A DNA stretch of 64,000 bases from Orbicella franksi (taxonomy: Eukaryota): assembly GCA_964199315.1 (NCBI GenBank), contig OZ116698.1, positions 43,710,001 to 43,774,000 of the forward strand. Reading direction: 5' to 3'. Positions 1 to 10,200 of the stretch are shown here, one piece after another; within the stretch, counting starts at the first letter, position 1, and each line of letters begins with the position of its first letter. Under the pieces are notes generated by a model. The model worked only from the letters and a program-made list of their open reading frames with translations, did not search any database and was not told the origin of the DNA. The position numbers and the translations under genes are program-made.

Positions 1-54
1 TTAGGGATTCATATGGAAATATTGTGACGGAATGCACGAGAATCTTGCATGAAT

Positions 55-200
55 GTTTTAAACGCTGGAAATGAAACTTCGCTTTCGCAGTCATACAGAA
101 CACATTTAAAAAAACGAGTGCGATTGTCTTATGGTTAAATCATTACTTTCCTGGCCGAGTTTTATAAAAATGGCTAAATGTAATCTGATGTTGTTAATTA
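55..200 (+). repeat. Dispersed repeat fragment, second copy at ~1578-1720
   Basis: Shared string aaatgaaactt...tcatacagaac...aaaacgagtgcga.tgt.ttatggtta.atcattactt at both places. Confidence 0.6.
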
Positions 201-247
201 TTTAACAGTAAAATAAGATTGCACGAGCTGGTAGTCCAGCAGCCCAG

Positions 248-474
248 GGGGCCGTTTCTCGAAAGCCCGGGAAACTTTCGGGCCCGTGAAGCCATTTTTA
301 GTTCATCTGTATCTAAACATGGAGAAGTGTATACGCCTGAGACTTCTTGTATGAAGGGAACCTCCGTTCATATTAAGATTATGTGAATAAAACAGCTCTG
401 TAATCGTAAGGTTCGAGATATTACTATGGCTTTCCGGGTTCGAAAGCTTTTCGGGATCTTCGAGAAACGGATCC
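248..474. mobile_element. Non-autonomous TIR element (MITE), ~227 bp, 3-bp CAG target duplication (PIF/Harbinger-like)
   Basis: Termini GGGGCCGTTTCTCGAA (248) and the reverse complement GGATCCGTTTCTCGAA (ending 474) match 14/16, and the inverted similarity extends ~40 bp. CAG flanks both ends (245-247, 475-477). Confidence 0.75.
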
Positions 475-655
475 CAGACCTGTATTTTCATTGCTTCTGA
501 CGAAACGAAAACGGCGATCCTTATAAGTGCTAGGCAGTTCTAACCAAAGGTGTTAACTTTCAAGGGGCTTATAGGAGTCATTCCTTCGAAATTCTTCAAC
601 ATATTTCGAACAACTATAGTCAATTTAAGACCGTTCCCGGTTGTAGGGCATGTAG

Positions 656-979
656 TCACTGCGGAAATAACATTATGGCTGTGTTCAAAACTCCGAGCTC
701 GCACTTCTGTCTTAATTTATCGCCGGGCTGGGAGTTACGTACTCCTCGTTTCTCTCTAGTGTCCCTAGCCCGTCCAGCATTCGAATTGAAGTATAATAAA
801 GTGTAATTGACTGAATTTTGTACCACATCTCTTTCACTTATAGGAAGAAAGGAAGGTATATAGACTGTGCACAGAATAACAACGAGCGGCCATGCATGAA
901 TCAAGAGGCGAATAAACCTAGTATTTAACGGGCGTCTTCTTATCTGGATTGAATAACTGAACGATAAAAGATTTCTCAT
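656..979 (-). other. Possible coding exon or pseudo-exon with a type II membrane-like N-terminus
   Basis: ATG lies just after an AG acceptor-like site. The ORF has a basic tail (IRRRP), a hydrophobic stretch (FIRLLIHAWPLVVILCTVYIPSFL) and a polar stem. No recognisable family; in-frame stop at 656. Confidence 0.25.
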
Positions 980-2041
980 CCTCTCATCCTGACTAAATGA
1001 CCAAACTTCCCTTTTAATGGAGCATGTGAACAGATGTGAATCGAGGAGTTAGAACTCTAATTTCCACGTTGCAATTAGATTTTTATCTCCAACAAACATA
1101 GTTAATAGCAGTAATCCTTTAGTGCATCAAATAGCAATGAAGACATACTTTCCCGAAATCTATATACCAAATATAGCTACCGAATGTTGTTGGTCGATAT
1201 AAGTGAATGAGTAGTTAGATATGTTTAATTTGATACATCTTACAAGCGGGCAGAAATGACGCCATCATGACGTCCAAATATTTATAACCAGGCTGCAAAA
1301 TTCGATGAAAAAACACATTAAAACTTGCTAAGAGTAGCTAAGAGTATTCCATGTTTATTTAGAAACACTATTAAGTGACTCCGAAAGATTTTTGTTCCCG
1401 TAGTGGACGAGTCTTCTTAGCTTGGGCATACCAAAAAAACCTGCCTTGCATGTATATTTCAAACTAACGGATGTACGATATCATAGTCAAGCAGTAATCC
1501 TTCAGTGCGTCGTTTTAACGACGTAAAATAGCGATGAACAAATACTTTTCCAAAATGTATATACCAAATATGATTTGTTTTAAACACTCGAAATGAAACT
1601 TGACGTTTTTACTGTCATACAGAACTTATTTCAAAACGAGTGCGAATGTTTTATGGTTATATCATTACTTTTCAGGGTGATGTTTGTTTAAATTCCTGCT
1701 GTTAATTACTTAAGACACTCATTTAACAATATACGCGCTTCGAAGTGGCTTGATCATTGTAACAAAGAACGGGACGAGTTAGCCAAGTCGAATCAGCCAC
1801 ATTTGATCTGTTAATCAAATTGTGTACACCTGATAATATCAGTCATACAAAATAAACGCGAGGCTCCCAGCTGCAGAATCGAACGTTATCTTGCTAACAT
1901 GTACATTGCAAGACTTGTTGTACATTTGCCGCTCTAAAATAGACATATAAAGTCAAGTGTCGCGAAACCAAGTAGCTTGTAGCATCTAACTGACAACACG
2001 AGAAAACTGTTGCTTGTGATTCATTACACGTGCCCACGTAC

Positions 2042-2272
2042 CTTTACTATAACAGACTCCGCTTTAGCTCCCTCTTCAACTGCACCTACGTGTTCTATGT
2101 ATTATATCATATATTAGGCACCTTAAGATACCAGCACGGGAAGAGCTACGACGGCTACCGGAAGTAAATTGACTCAACCGGGCATGCGCACGAGAACTCT
2201 CGCCTAATCTCTCTGCCGTTCTCATCTCGTCGAGGACGCCATTTCGCCCGACTAGCCGTCGTATCGAAGACG
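2042..2272. promoter_or_regulatory. Putative bidirectional housekeeping-type promoter with first exons on both strands
   Basis: ETS-like CCGGAAGT 2158-2165, NRF1-like GCATGCGCA 2182-2190 and YY1-like GACGCCATTT 2236-2245. Plus-strand donor GAC|GTGAGT at 2272; minus-strand donor AAAG|GTACGT at 2041. Confidence 0.55.
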
Positions 2273-2448
2273 TGAGTATTTTGCACTTGTTTTGCCCCGA
2301 TAACTGTTCCAATCGACTTTACTTTCAGTTATATTGATAGAAATGTTTATAGCGTTCACAGTTTTCGTGATTGTAGTGTAGAATACTACGCTGAGATACG
2401 AAAATGTGAGTAAAAATATTCCTCGTCTGTTCGTTTGTGTTTCTGCAG

Positions 2449-2516
2449 CCACTGTGCAGACGCTATCACGAGTGTGCAAGCTCAATACAAACTCTATGCA
2501 TTGAGAATACAACAGT
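2449..2516 (+). other. Putative second (non-coding) exon of the + strand transcript; next acceptor at 2677/2678
   Basis: Pyrimidine tract and ctgcag| at 2448, donor |GTAAGT at 2517, next acceptor ttacag|ATG at 2678. Confidence 0.45.
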
Positions 2517-2984
2517 GTAAGTACAGTTGATAAATTGTTGTAAGAATGATTGCCATGGAGCATCTATCGAGCAAATAAAATACACATTTTCAAACTGATG
2601 TTTAGTTGTTGTTTTTATACTACCCAGAATTTGATGCAACGTTTGTTTGATTTTTATAATGCTTGTTACAATTACAGATGGAAATTGAAACGTTCAACAA
2701 AAGTCAGGATTCTTCGGCGACAGAATTCCCAAACGCTTTAGTGGTAAAAAGCCATCTGAAGCAGGTCGATCAGATTGTTCGTTTAATTTTTTCATACGGA
2801 AATTATGGTTTCTCTATTAAAATATTGACAGATGTTTGCTTCGCTTATAAAGAAAAAGAAATTCAGCATCGCTGTTCACTATCGTTTAAGCCTAATAGGA
2901 TAGGATTTCTATCATCTCTTTTATAGTCTAATGGATGTCATTGCTTCTGTGAATAGCTTGTACGAGGTTCCAATTATTGACGTC

Positions 2985-3115
2985 GCCGTCCTTTGCGAAA
3001 ATGCACATCTTAAGCATTTTGTTTTTGGCGACACGACGGGACCGGCGAAAGTTTCCCGCGTCCACTGCCGTTGCCGTCCTGGCCTTCCCGTCCTCGTATC
3101 TTAAGGTCCCTATTA
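2985..3115. mobile_element. Partial anthozoan-type MITE (gacgtcgccgtc...cttaaggtccctat terminus)
   Basis: The terminal motif gccgttgccgtcc...cttaaggtcccta resembles the terminus of the element at 4813-5115 (gacgttgtcctcggcgtc...gtaagctcctaat). Confidence 0.5.
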
Positions 3116-3124
3116 ATTCATGGA

Positions 3125-4030
3125 TATACATGGGTAAGCAATATCTAGACAACGCCCCATTCAAACTATGTCTGGTTGAGACAAGAGATTATGATCTTGG
3201 TTGACGGACTGATTTGTCGTTGAAAGTTTTAAAGTGTAGAACGACGGAGAGGTCAGTTCACCAACGGTTATTAAATTCTTCAAATCAGAAACCCCTTTTC
3301 TAGACGTACAAGTCTACTTACTACAACAAATTCTCGGTGATCGAAACCTCACAGATATAGACAAGCACCCATAAGCAGAACGTCAGTGCTAACCTGCTCG
3401 TAACAAACCTACGATTCCATTCAGTCTTGCTCCTGTAGACGTCACGTTTACTCCGGGGGGGAGGGGGGTATTCCCTTATATGGGCTATATATGTTTGGCG
3501 CTAAAGGGCATGGTTTTTCAGCCGTTTTGGTCATAAATAGGGTATGGTTTTAGCACTCTAGTCTTGAATTGAGTATGTTTCTTAGACGAAGCTACTTTTT
3601 CGTCATTATCAATAAGACGGTCAACAAAAGCCCTTTATAACTTATGTTTAGAGTAACTGTGCCAGCGGCAACGGTCATAAATAGGGTGTCGAAATTTTGG
3701 CCAGGTAGGGTAGCAAAAATCGCAGATTTTGGTCATAAATAGGGTAAGGGTTTTGGGAAGTGGGCCGCACATTGCCATCCATTTTTTCTGGGAGTACCCC
3801 CCCCCCCGGAACGTTTACTCCACAGACATTTTCTTTAATAAACGCTCCCAAGAATTTATTAACGCTCTAGAATCACTAGATTGCAGTCTCCGCGTTCTAA
3901 ACATGAGGCCGAGTCAACCGTAAACCACGACCACAGAACAATATCAAACTCCATTTGTCAGTACCTTGTCATCTCTGCTCCGCTGTATTGTGCCGCTTCC
4001 TCTACAATTCTCCTTTCGACGCAAACAAAC
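3125..4030 (+). mobile_element. Decayed Penelope-like retroelement RT fragment, interrupted by a MITE
   Basis: Frame-broken peptides occur in the expected order: YMGKQYLDNAPFK, WLR..IMI, PFLDVQVYL, TIPFSLA, RRHVYSTDIFFNKRSQEFINAL, QTPFVST. This matches my recollection of the PLE RT C-terminal half. Many stops and frameshifts. Confidence 0.6.
3452..3810. mobile_element. hAT-like MITE, 359 bp, 8-bp TSD ACGTTTAC
   Basis: Termini TCCGGGGGG...CCCCCCGGA with a GGGGTA.TCCC/GGGAGTACCCC subterminal inversion. ACGTTTAC at 3444-3451 and 3811-3818. Confidence 0.8.
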
Positions 4031-4169
4031 ATTTTAGGTTCCAAACATAGTGGGTTATAAACCTGGTTATAAACGAAGTTGTATCCTACGTGATCTTTTG
4101 ATCAGAACAAAGTTGCGTGACCGCATGCCAGCCAAAATGGCGCGACATTCACGCCACGACAAGGCTTAA

Positions 4170-4812
4170 GGTAATTCCTCTGAAATAAAAGTGACAATAG
4201 ATTTTTGTTCAAACTTTGTCCACTGAATATTTGTCATATGATAACTTCAATTTTGAAATAAAAAAGGGGGGTGCCCATGCTCATTAAGGAGCAATGAGGC
4301 ATTGAAAATGCCCCATTTTGGCATTATTTAATGCTTATCATAAGAACGCATTCCCAGTAATTGTAACATCTTTGTGAGCCCGGACTCATAAGAACACGCA
4401 TTAAACTACAGTCAATACAATGTGTCGGACACAAATAAACGTTTTAAGTGTGATTCAGACGGAAAGCCAAATCCTTGATTAAAAATTTGAACCAAATTTC
4501 TTGACGTGGTTACCGACTGCAAAATAGAAAAGACCACAGTGTATCTGCTATTTTTCTTACTTATTCAATTTTCAGCAATAGAAATTAAATCAGTCTTTTC
4601 TCACGCAAAGCTTATGATTAGTTGATTACAATGACTGGAAAAAAAATTGGGGTACCCGTGCTCGTTGGTGAGCTAGAGCCATTTTTCAACTGACAGAGCT
4701 CAATATCAAGGCAAATCCGTCATGTTTTCAATGTGCGCGTGCACGAGCCCGCGCTAATGACGCAATAAATTATGCGCAGTAAGGATGCGCAATGCAAATG
4801 TGAGGAATGACC
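4170..4812. mobile_element. Non-autonomous DNA transposon with TTAA TSD (Kolobok-like), 643 bp
   Basis: TTAA|GGTAATTCCTC ... GAGGAATGACC|TTAA (TIR 10/11). Copy 2 has the empty site ggcTTAAtgag at 13566-13569. TTAA TSD with RR..YY ends is the Kolobok signature. Confidence 0.8.
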
Positions 4813-5115
4813 TTAATGAGCAGAACAATGGCTGTGCCTGTACGTTATAAATCTTTGTACATTTCTTTGCCGTCTACTGCAAAACAACAACGTGAAATAA
4901 CCAAATTCTGCGTTATCTGGAGAACTTGAACCATGACGGCTAACTGTTTTTAAATTTTGGTTTCCCCGATGTGTCCCAATTTCGTGTAGCTTTGACAGTG
5001 ATAAACAAAGTAAATGACTTCAGGGTAGAGTGAGATTCGTAAGTATAATCATAAAATTATTTTGTAATCGACGTTGTCCTCGGCGTCACTGTCGTGGTTT
5101 CGTAAGCTCCTAATA
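4813..5115. mobile_element. Anthozoan MITE-type repeat (host of the TTAA element); second copy ~13560-13865
   Basis: Characteristic end gacgttgtcctcggcgtcactgtcgtggtttcgtaagctcc. Uninterrupted in copy 2. Confidence 0.55.
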
Positions 5116-5764
5116 AATGAGGTCGTCTTTGGGGTTACTCACGCAACGCTCGGCCAAAGTGCCACAATAAGAGAATCAAAGGCCCTTTGGGCTGCCTCAT
5201 GTCACTAGTTTTAGGAGGCTCTCTGTGGGTTTTTGGCTTTTAGGGCTAACGGTTCCAAGCGTTAAGTTAATTGAGGCGCAGCGCGAAACACAGCGATCGA
5301 AAGAATAGGGAAAAGAATTTTTTCGTCGCGCTTGCCCCTTATTTTTGCGCTCGCCATTTTTCGCGTTGCGCCTGAACGCCTGAAAGAGGCTTGCTGATGG
5401 TTAATATTTTGTTTTTATTTTTTTACGGCTAACGATTAATTTATTTTCTTAATTACGGTTTACCAAAATCTTAGAAATTAATTATCGTTGTTTTAAAGGT
5501 TTTATGAGCATTACGGGAAGGAGAAAAGATATTATCATAAGAATTGTAGACTATTAAAGCTTACACGCAAGCCGCGAAAAGAGACCCAAAAAAGTCTTGA
5601 CAAGCGATCTTGACGATTTTTACGCCTTATTGCTTAATTGTTTGCTCGTTTCACGGCTTACAATTAACCTTATTGAGAATCTCCGTTTATAGAGTTGCGC
5701 CGGACATGTGGGCCAGTTCTTGGTTTCAGTTTGAACTCCATCCTTTGCAACTACAAAATAGCAA

Positions 5765-5947
5765 TAGGCCATTTCCGAGTTGTCTTTTGCCTCAGTGTCA
5801 AACCGAGTCTTCGTGCGGAACTATCCGTATGAAAATGAGTTTGCCTACACGTTCATTTTCAAGCAAATCATTCTCATTTTCATATGAAAGGTTTCGCGCG
5901 AAGACTCGTTTTGAAACAGAGGCACAAGATAACTCGGAAATGGCCTA
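5765..5947. mobile_element. MITE with 17-bp perfect TIR
   Basis: TAGGCCATTTCCGAGTT (5765) and AACTCGGAAATGGCCTA (5931-5947). Confidence 0.8.
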
Positions 5948-6894
5948 GTTGACTACACTTGTAGGGGGAGAACACCACTAGTGCACGGCCTCCCCCCTTC
6001 CCCCAGCTACTGGGTATACGCAAAGAAACAAAGATACACCGGTATTTTGAGGAAGGGTAATCGAGACAACATTTTGTAGACGGGGGGAGGGGAGAGGACA
6101 TAGCTACCAGTTTGGGAGGAAGGGAGGAGAACAACCGTAGCTTGACGAGTAGCTCACAACTGACGAACAGCGGCAGTGAGAGATGTGGTGGGGTAGCTCA
6201 TGCCATGATCACGTGCGAGCATAAGTGGAAAACCACCGGGAGTTTTGCCGTACGAATTTCTAGAGAGAAATATAATTGTTTAGTGTTAGACATAGCGATA
6301 CCTATTCATAAATGGCTGCCAAGTTAAAATTCTTTTTTGTGCATTTAAATTAGCCCTACCAAACTCGTTTGAGAGTAAGGATTCTTTTGAATTATCAAAT
6401 CAAAAATGAGGTTAGTTGGGCTAATTCTAATACTTACAAAATAGTTTTTAATTGACAGCCATTTGTGAAAAGGGTCTATTGATCCCGACCTATTGCACAG
6501 TCAGTGGCGTAGCCGTGCGTTGGCAGGATTATCCAATAATGCCTTTGATGTAGAGTAGGGAGCCAATAAATGGCATAAATTACAGTTTAAATGTTTAATT
6601 TCTAATTTTCGTCGCGTTGTGGAACGAGACGATGAGAATTTTTATTACTCATTCACCCACTTACGTCACCTATGACCATTGAATCTTGCTTTGAAGGAAA
6701 CCTACAATCCCGGAAAAAAGTAGTTGCAACACTTGAGCAGAATCAAGTATCCCCCTTCCTCCCTAATCAATGTTGGCAAATATCGCGTTTTTTTTCCACC
6801 AAAAAGGGAAAAACTCACCTGATTATCATCATTGCCAGTGGGGGAAGGGGAGAACTTTGCTTGCTGTCCCAACCCTTTTGTCCGGGATTGTAGC

Positions 6895-7275
6895 AATAGC
6901 CCCGTAAAAAAATGCAGACCCAAACCTTACCGAAAGTTCTCATTACCGTTAATTAAGCCGAGCCCCACGCTTCAGCAGGCGTCAACATTTTTCCAAAGCT
7001 TTCAGTAATATCATATGAAAACGGAGACGTTAAGGCACCAACGTTTCCAGAAACAATTATCAGTCAAAGCGTGTTTAATCGGGTATTTTAATCCGGACCC
7101 TTTGACCAAGAGCAGGGATGTCGGTAAAATGATCCTATTAAAAAAAGTTCCGCGTCGCGTGTTTCGCCTAACTTATCTGTTTAATAAGGGAAACTTTACA
7201 AAAATGAATCAATAAACAAGCAGACGAACGAACGAACAAATCACTGAATAAATGAATGAATAAATGAATGAAAGC
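6895..7275 (+). repeat. Interspersed SINE-like repeat ending in (GAAC)n/(TGAA)n; copies at ~17235-17655 (+) and ~44216-44530 (-)
   Basis: 44216-44530 is the reverse complement of this segment (e.g. taactta.tctgtttaataagggaaactttac; aaaaatgc.gacc.aaaccttacc.aaagttctcattaccg). The tail is longer in copy 2. Confidence 0.6.
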
Positions 7276-10200
7276 TTCATTGAAATGTCGATGTATCATC
7301 TTACTCGGATGAAAAACGTAAATCAGGCATATGACCGCTGTTTAGCTTTGTAGTTTTAAAGGAAGGAAGCCGTCACAAGACTGTACAGTGAAAACAACAT
7401 TAGTTTTGGCCTGCCGCAAGATTGCCCAAATTCAATCAAAACTACAATAATTTCTGTTCAAGTACATCCGTTAATAAGCGATTTAAGTAACCGCTTGTTC
7501 GCGTGCTCAATTTGCCACAAATTGCACCCTTGCCGTCCACGGTCCAGTGTCTAAACCGCAAATTTGAATATAGCCGCTTTGCACGTATTGGTCAAGAAAA
7601 GCCAAAGGCCAAAGTTAAATTGCAATACATAATACATAAATGGGTATGAAACCTCGTTACAAAGACATTGGTAATGTGAAACATGTTGTTGTCCATTTGG
7701 GACAAATTTTTAAACCCGTGCTGTAGACACTGCACCCTTAACAGCTAATAACCACGGGTTAATTCCCATGATGGCATATGAGGCAAATCTGGTATGATTT
7801 ATACTCTAGGCTTTAAGAAGACCTAGTAACTGTGAGTCCCTAGACTACGATACTATCTTGCCAAAAACCGTTCGGCAAAACATTTCGTGAGTTCGCGCGC
7901 GTAACGCTTCTGTGCTTGGTACGTGGATTCATATCACTGCACGTGCCCTTATTCGCCAGAGCTCTTTTGCATCGGGAAAACTTAACTATAGAACAAGTGG
8001 TGGCACGGCTTCCGACAAATACCACGCAATATAATTAATCTCTTTTTATTGAGGAAAACAATCAAATAGGCAGTCGGGAAATGCGCAGCAAGTTAAGCCT
8101 AATTAATCGCCAATGTCGCAGTGCCTTTAGGATATCTTTATTCTTCAGCAGTGCGGAAATTTACTGACCGCGAATTAAAAGAAAAAAACATGCAACAGGT
8201 CCTTGCATATGCGTACATGAGTCCACTACCATCTTCTCTGTTGTCAGTTACCTACAGGTGAGCTTTCCTATAGCTAAAAACTAGTGTGGAAACACTTTTG
8301 GATAATTTCTCCATTTTGGTTGACAATCGTTTACTTCGTTGTGAAAACTAACTAACCAATCAGTTCATATGACAATTGTGACGCACTTCGCACTTTGCTG
8401 GTTAGGCCGCAATGGCGGGAAATGGTGGCAAATGGGAAAGACTGACCAGCGAGCTTGCCAAATACGATCTTAATTTTTGTTACAAATACCCAATCAAAGT
8501 AATTTAGGAGATAGATATAATTAGAACTTAGTTCCCTAGAAGTGACAACTTCTCAGAACTTGTAGGTAACTTCCAATGTAGGTTGAGCTACCTTGATACT
8601 AGAACTTTGCAATTGTGAGTGCGGTACATACGTTAAAGAATAAATGTAATGAACTAACTACCGGGCAAGTTAGCTTCAGGAAATATAAGTCAAGAAACGT
8701 TTTCTTGTTGGATCGAACTTCAACAGAATTTCTTTGGGTAAGTTGTATTTCAAAAAGCCTTTTTTTGGTCAAGTCTCTATTGACTGACGCGACACAAAAC
8801 GCTTTAAAAAATACAACACATGCTGGAGAGGAAGGCGGTTTGTGTGTTATTTGCAGTTGAAGTAGAACCAAGTCGACTCCTTTTAAATGAGTTGTATTTC
8901 AAAAAGTGTTTTGTGTAGCGTCTCAACTGAAGCTACACAAAAAACTATATGAAATACAACACACGTTCCGGGCAAAATTATCAGGAGCTTTCTAGGGAAA
9001 AGAGGCCCTGTAGAATGAAAACTGGACTTCAAAGAGCGGCATACTACAAAAGCTGGAATGGCGGGCAATGAGTGTTTAGCCCTTTGATTCCAATGTTTTT
9101 GTTTCGCGTTTCCAACAATTGAGACACGCTAATCTTGTTTCGCATTCTAGCTTGCTTCTTTGCTACTTTGCTTTCTTCTTTCACTTTCAGCTAGATTCCT
9201 GTCGACACCTTTGTCGAATTTCCAAGCTTGACGCTGCAATCAAGTAAAAAGAGAATCATTTTGCTACAAGGAAGCTCAATGACCTTACCATTGTCTTAAT
9301 TCTAACAGTAGCAGATTTAGCCAAAAATCTGATTTTTGCCTCGTTTTTAAGTCGCACAATCTGCTATTAACCGAAAGGAAGAGTTGTGCAGTCTTGTTTG
9401 CTGGTAAAAATTGCAGTCTTTCAGTGTGACATTGTTTCCAGTGACGTAACAGTTGAGTTAATTCTTCATTAAAGAGTGCACGCGCTTCTTTCGAACGGCG
9501 GCGCGCGCGCACTTTACAAGTAATTGAAGATAAACAAAGAAATTCAATGACAAACTACGATTAAAAACAGGAATATCAAGGAACAGCAATCATATTCAAA
9601 GAAATCTATAGAAAAAAACACGAAATGGGTTCCAAAGAGATAAGCAAAAGTAATTCGAGCTGTGAATTTTTTTTAGCCATGACGTCACCTTTTCGGCCCT
9701 ATTCAGTGACACCACTAAGTTGGAGTATAAAGAGGTGACCATTTGACTGGACAATTATAATTTGTTCCCAACATCTCTCCCTTGCATTGACAATACGCCG
9801 TTCTTAAAAAAAAACAGGATGTTCAGAGAACACAACTCGAGAACATGTCTTAAGGAATTGAGCATTATTAATTTGTGCTACTTGTTCATCTGACGTTCAA
9901 AGAGAATCAAATTTATTAGTTTCTACAGAAAAATACATTATTTGAAACCCTTTCGGAATATATAAAACCAGCACCTTTACTGAAAAAGGTTTCCTTGTCA
10001 AACATTCGTTCTTTTATGTTGCATTCAATGACTGAATCGATTGACTTTCAAATGCTAACCAATTTAACGTTGCGTGTTCTGGTACGTATTTCAACAGTAT
10101 ACTCAGCTTTCAATAATAGTTGTTTGGAACAGGGCCAAAAAGTACTAGACCACTATAACCTTCCTTCGTTCCAATGCAGCTTAAAAATGCGACATTTTCA

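Noticed and set aside
5610-5948. ORFs such as 5610-5948, 14416-14691, 43906-44202 and 59783-60200
   Set aside because: They lie within MITE or SINE sequences and are incidental open frames.
9285-9512. Exon-like minus-strand ORF with a GTAAGG donor
   Set aside because: Copy 2 has a 5-bp insertion (ccggg near 19737) that breaks the frame, and there is no recognisable protein.
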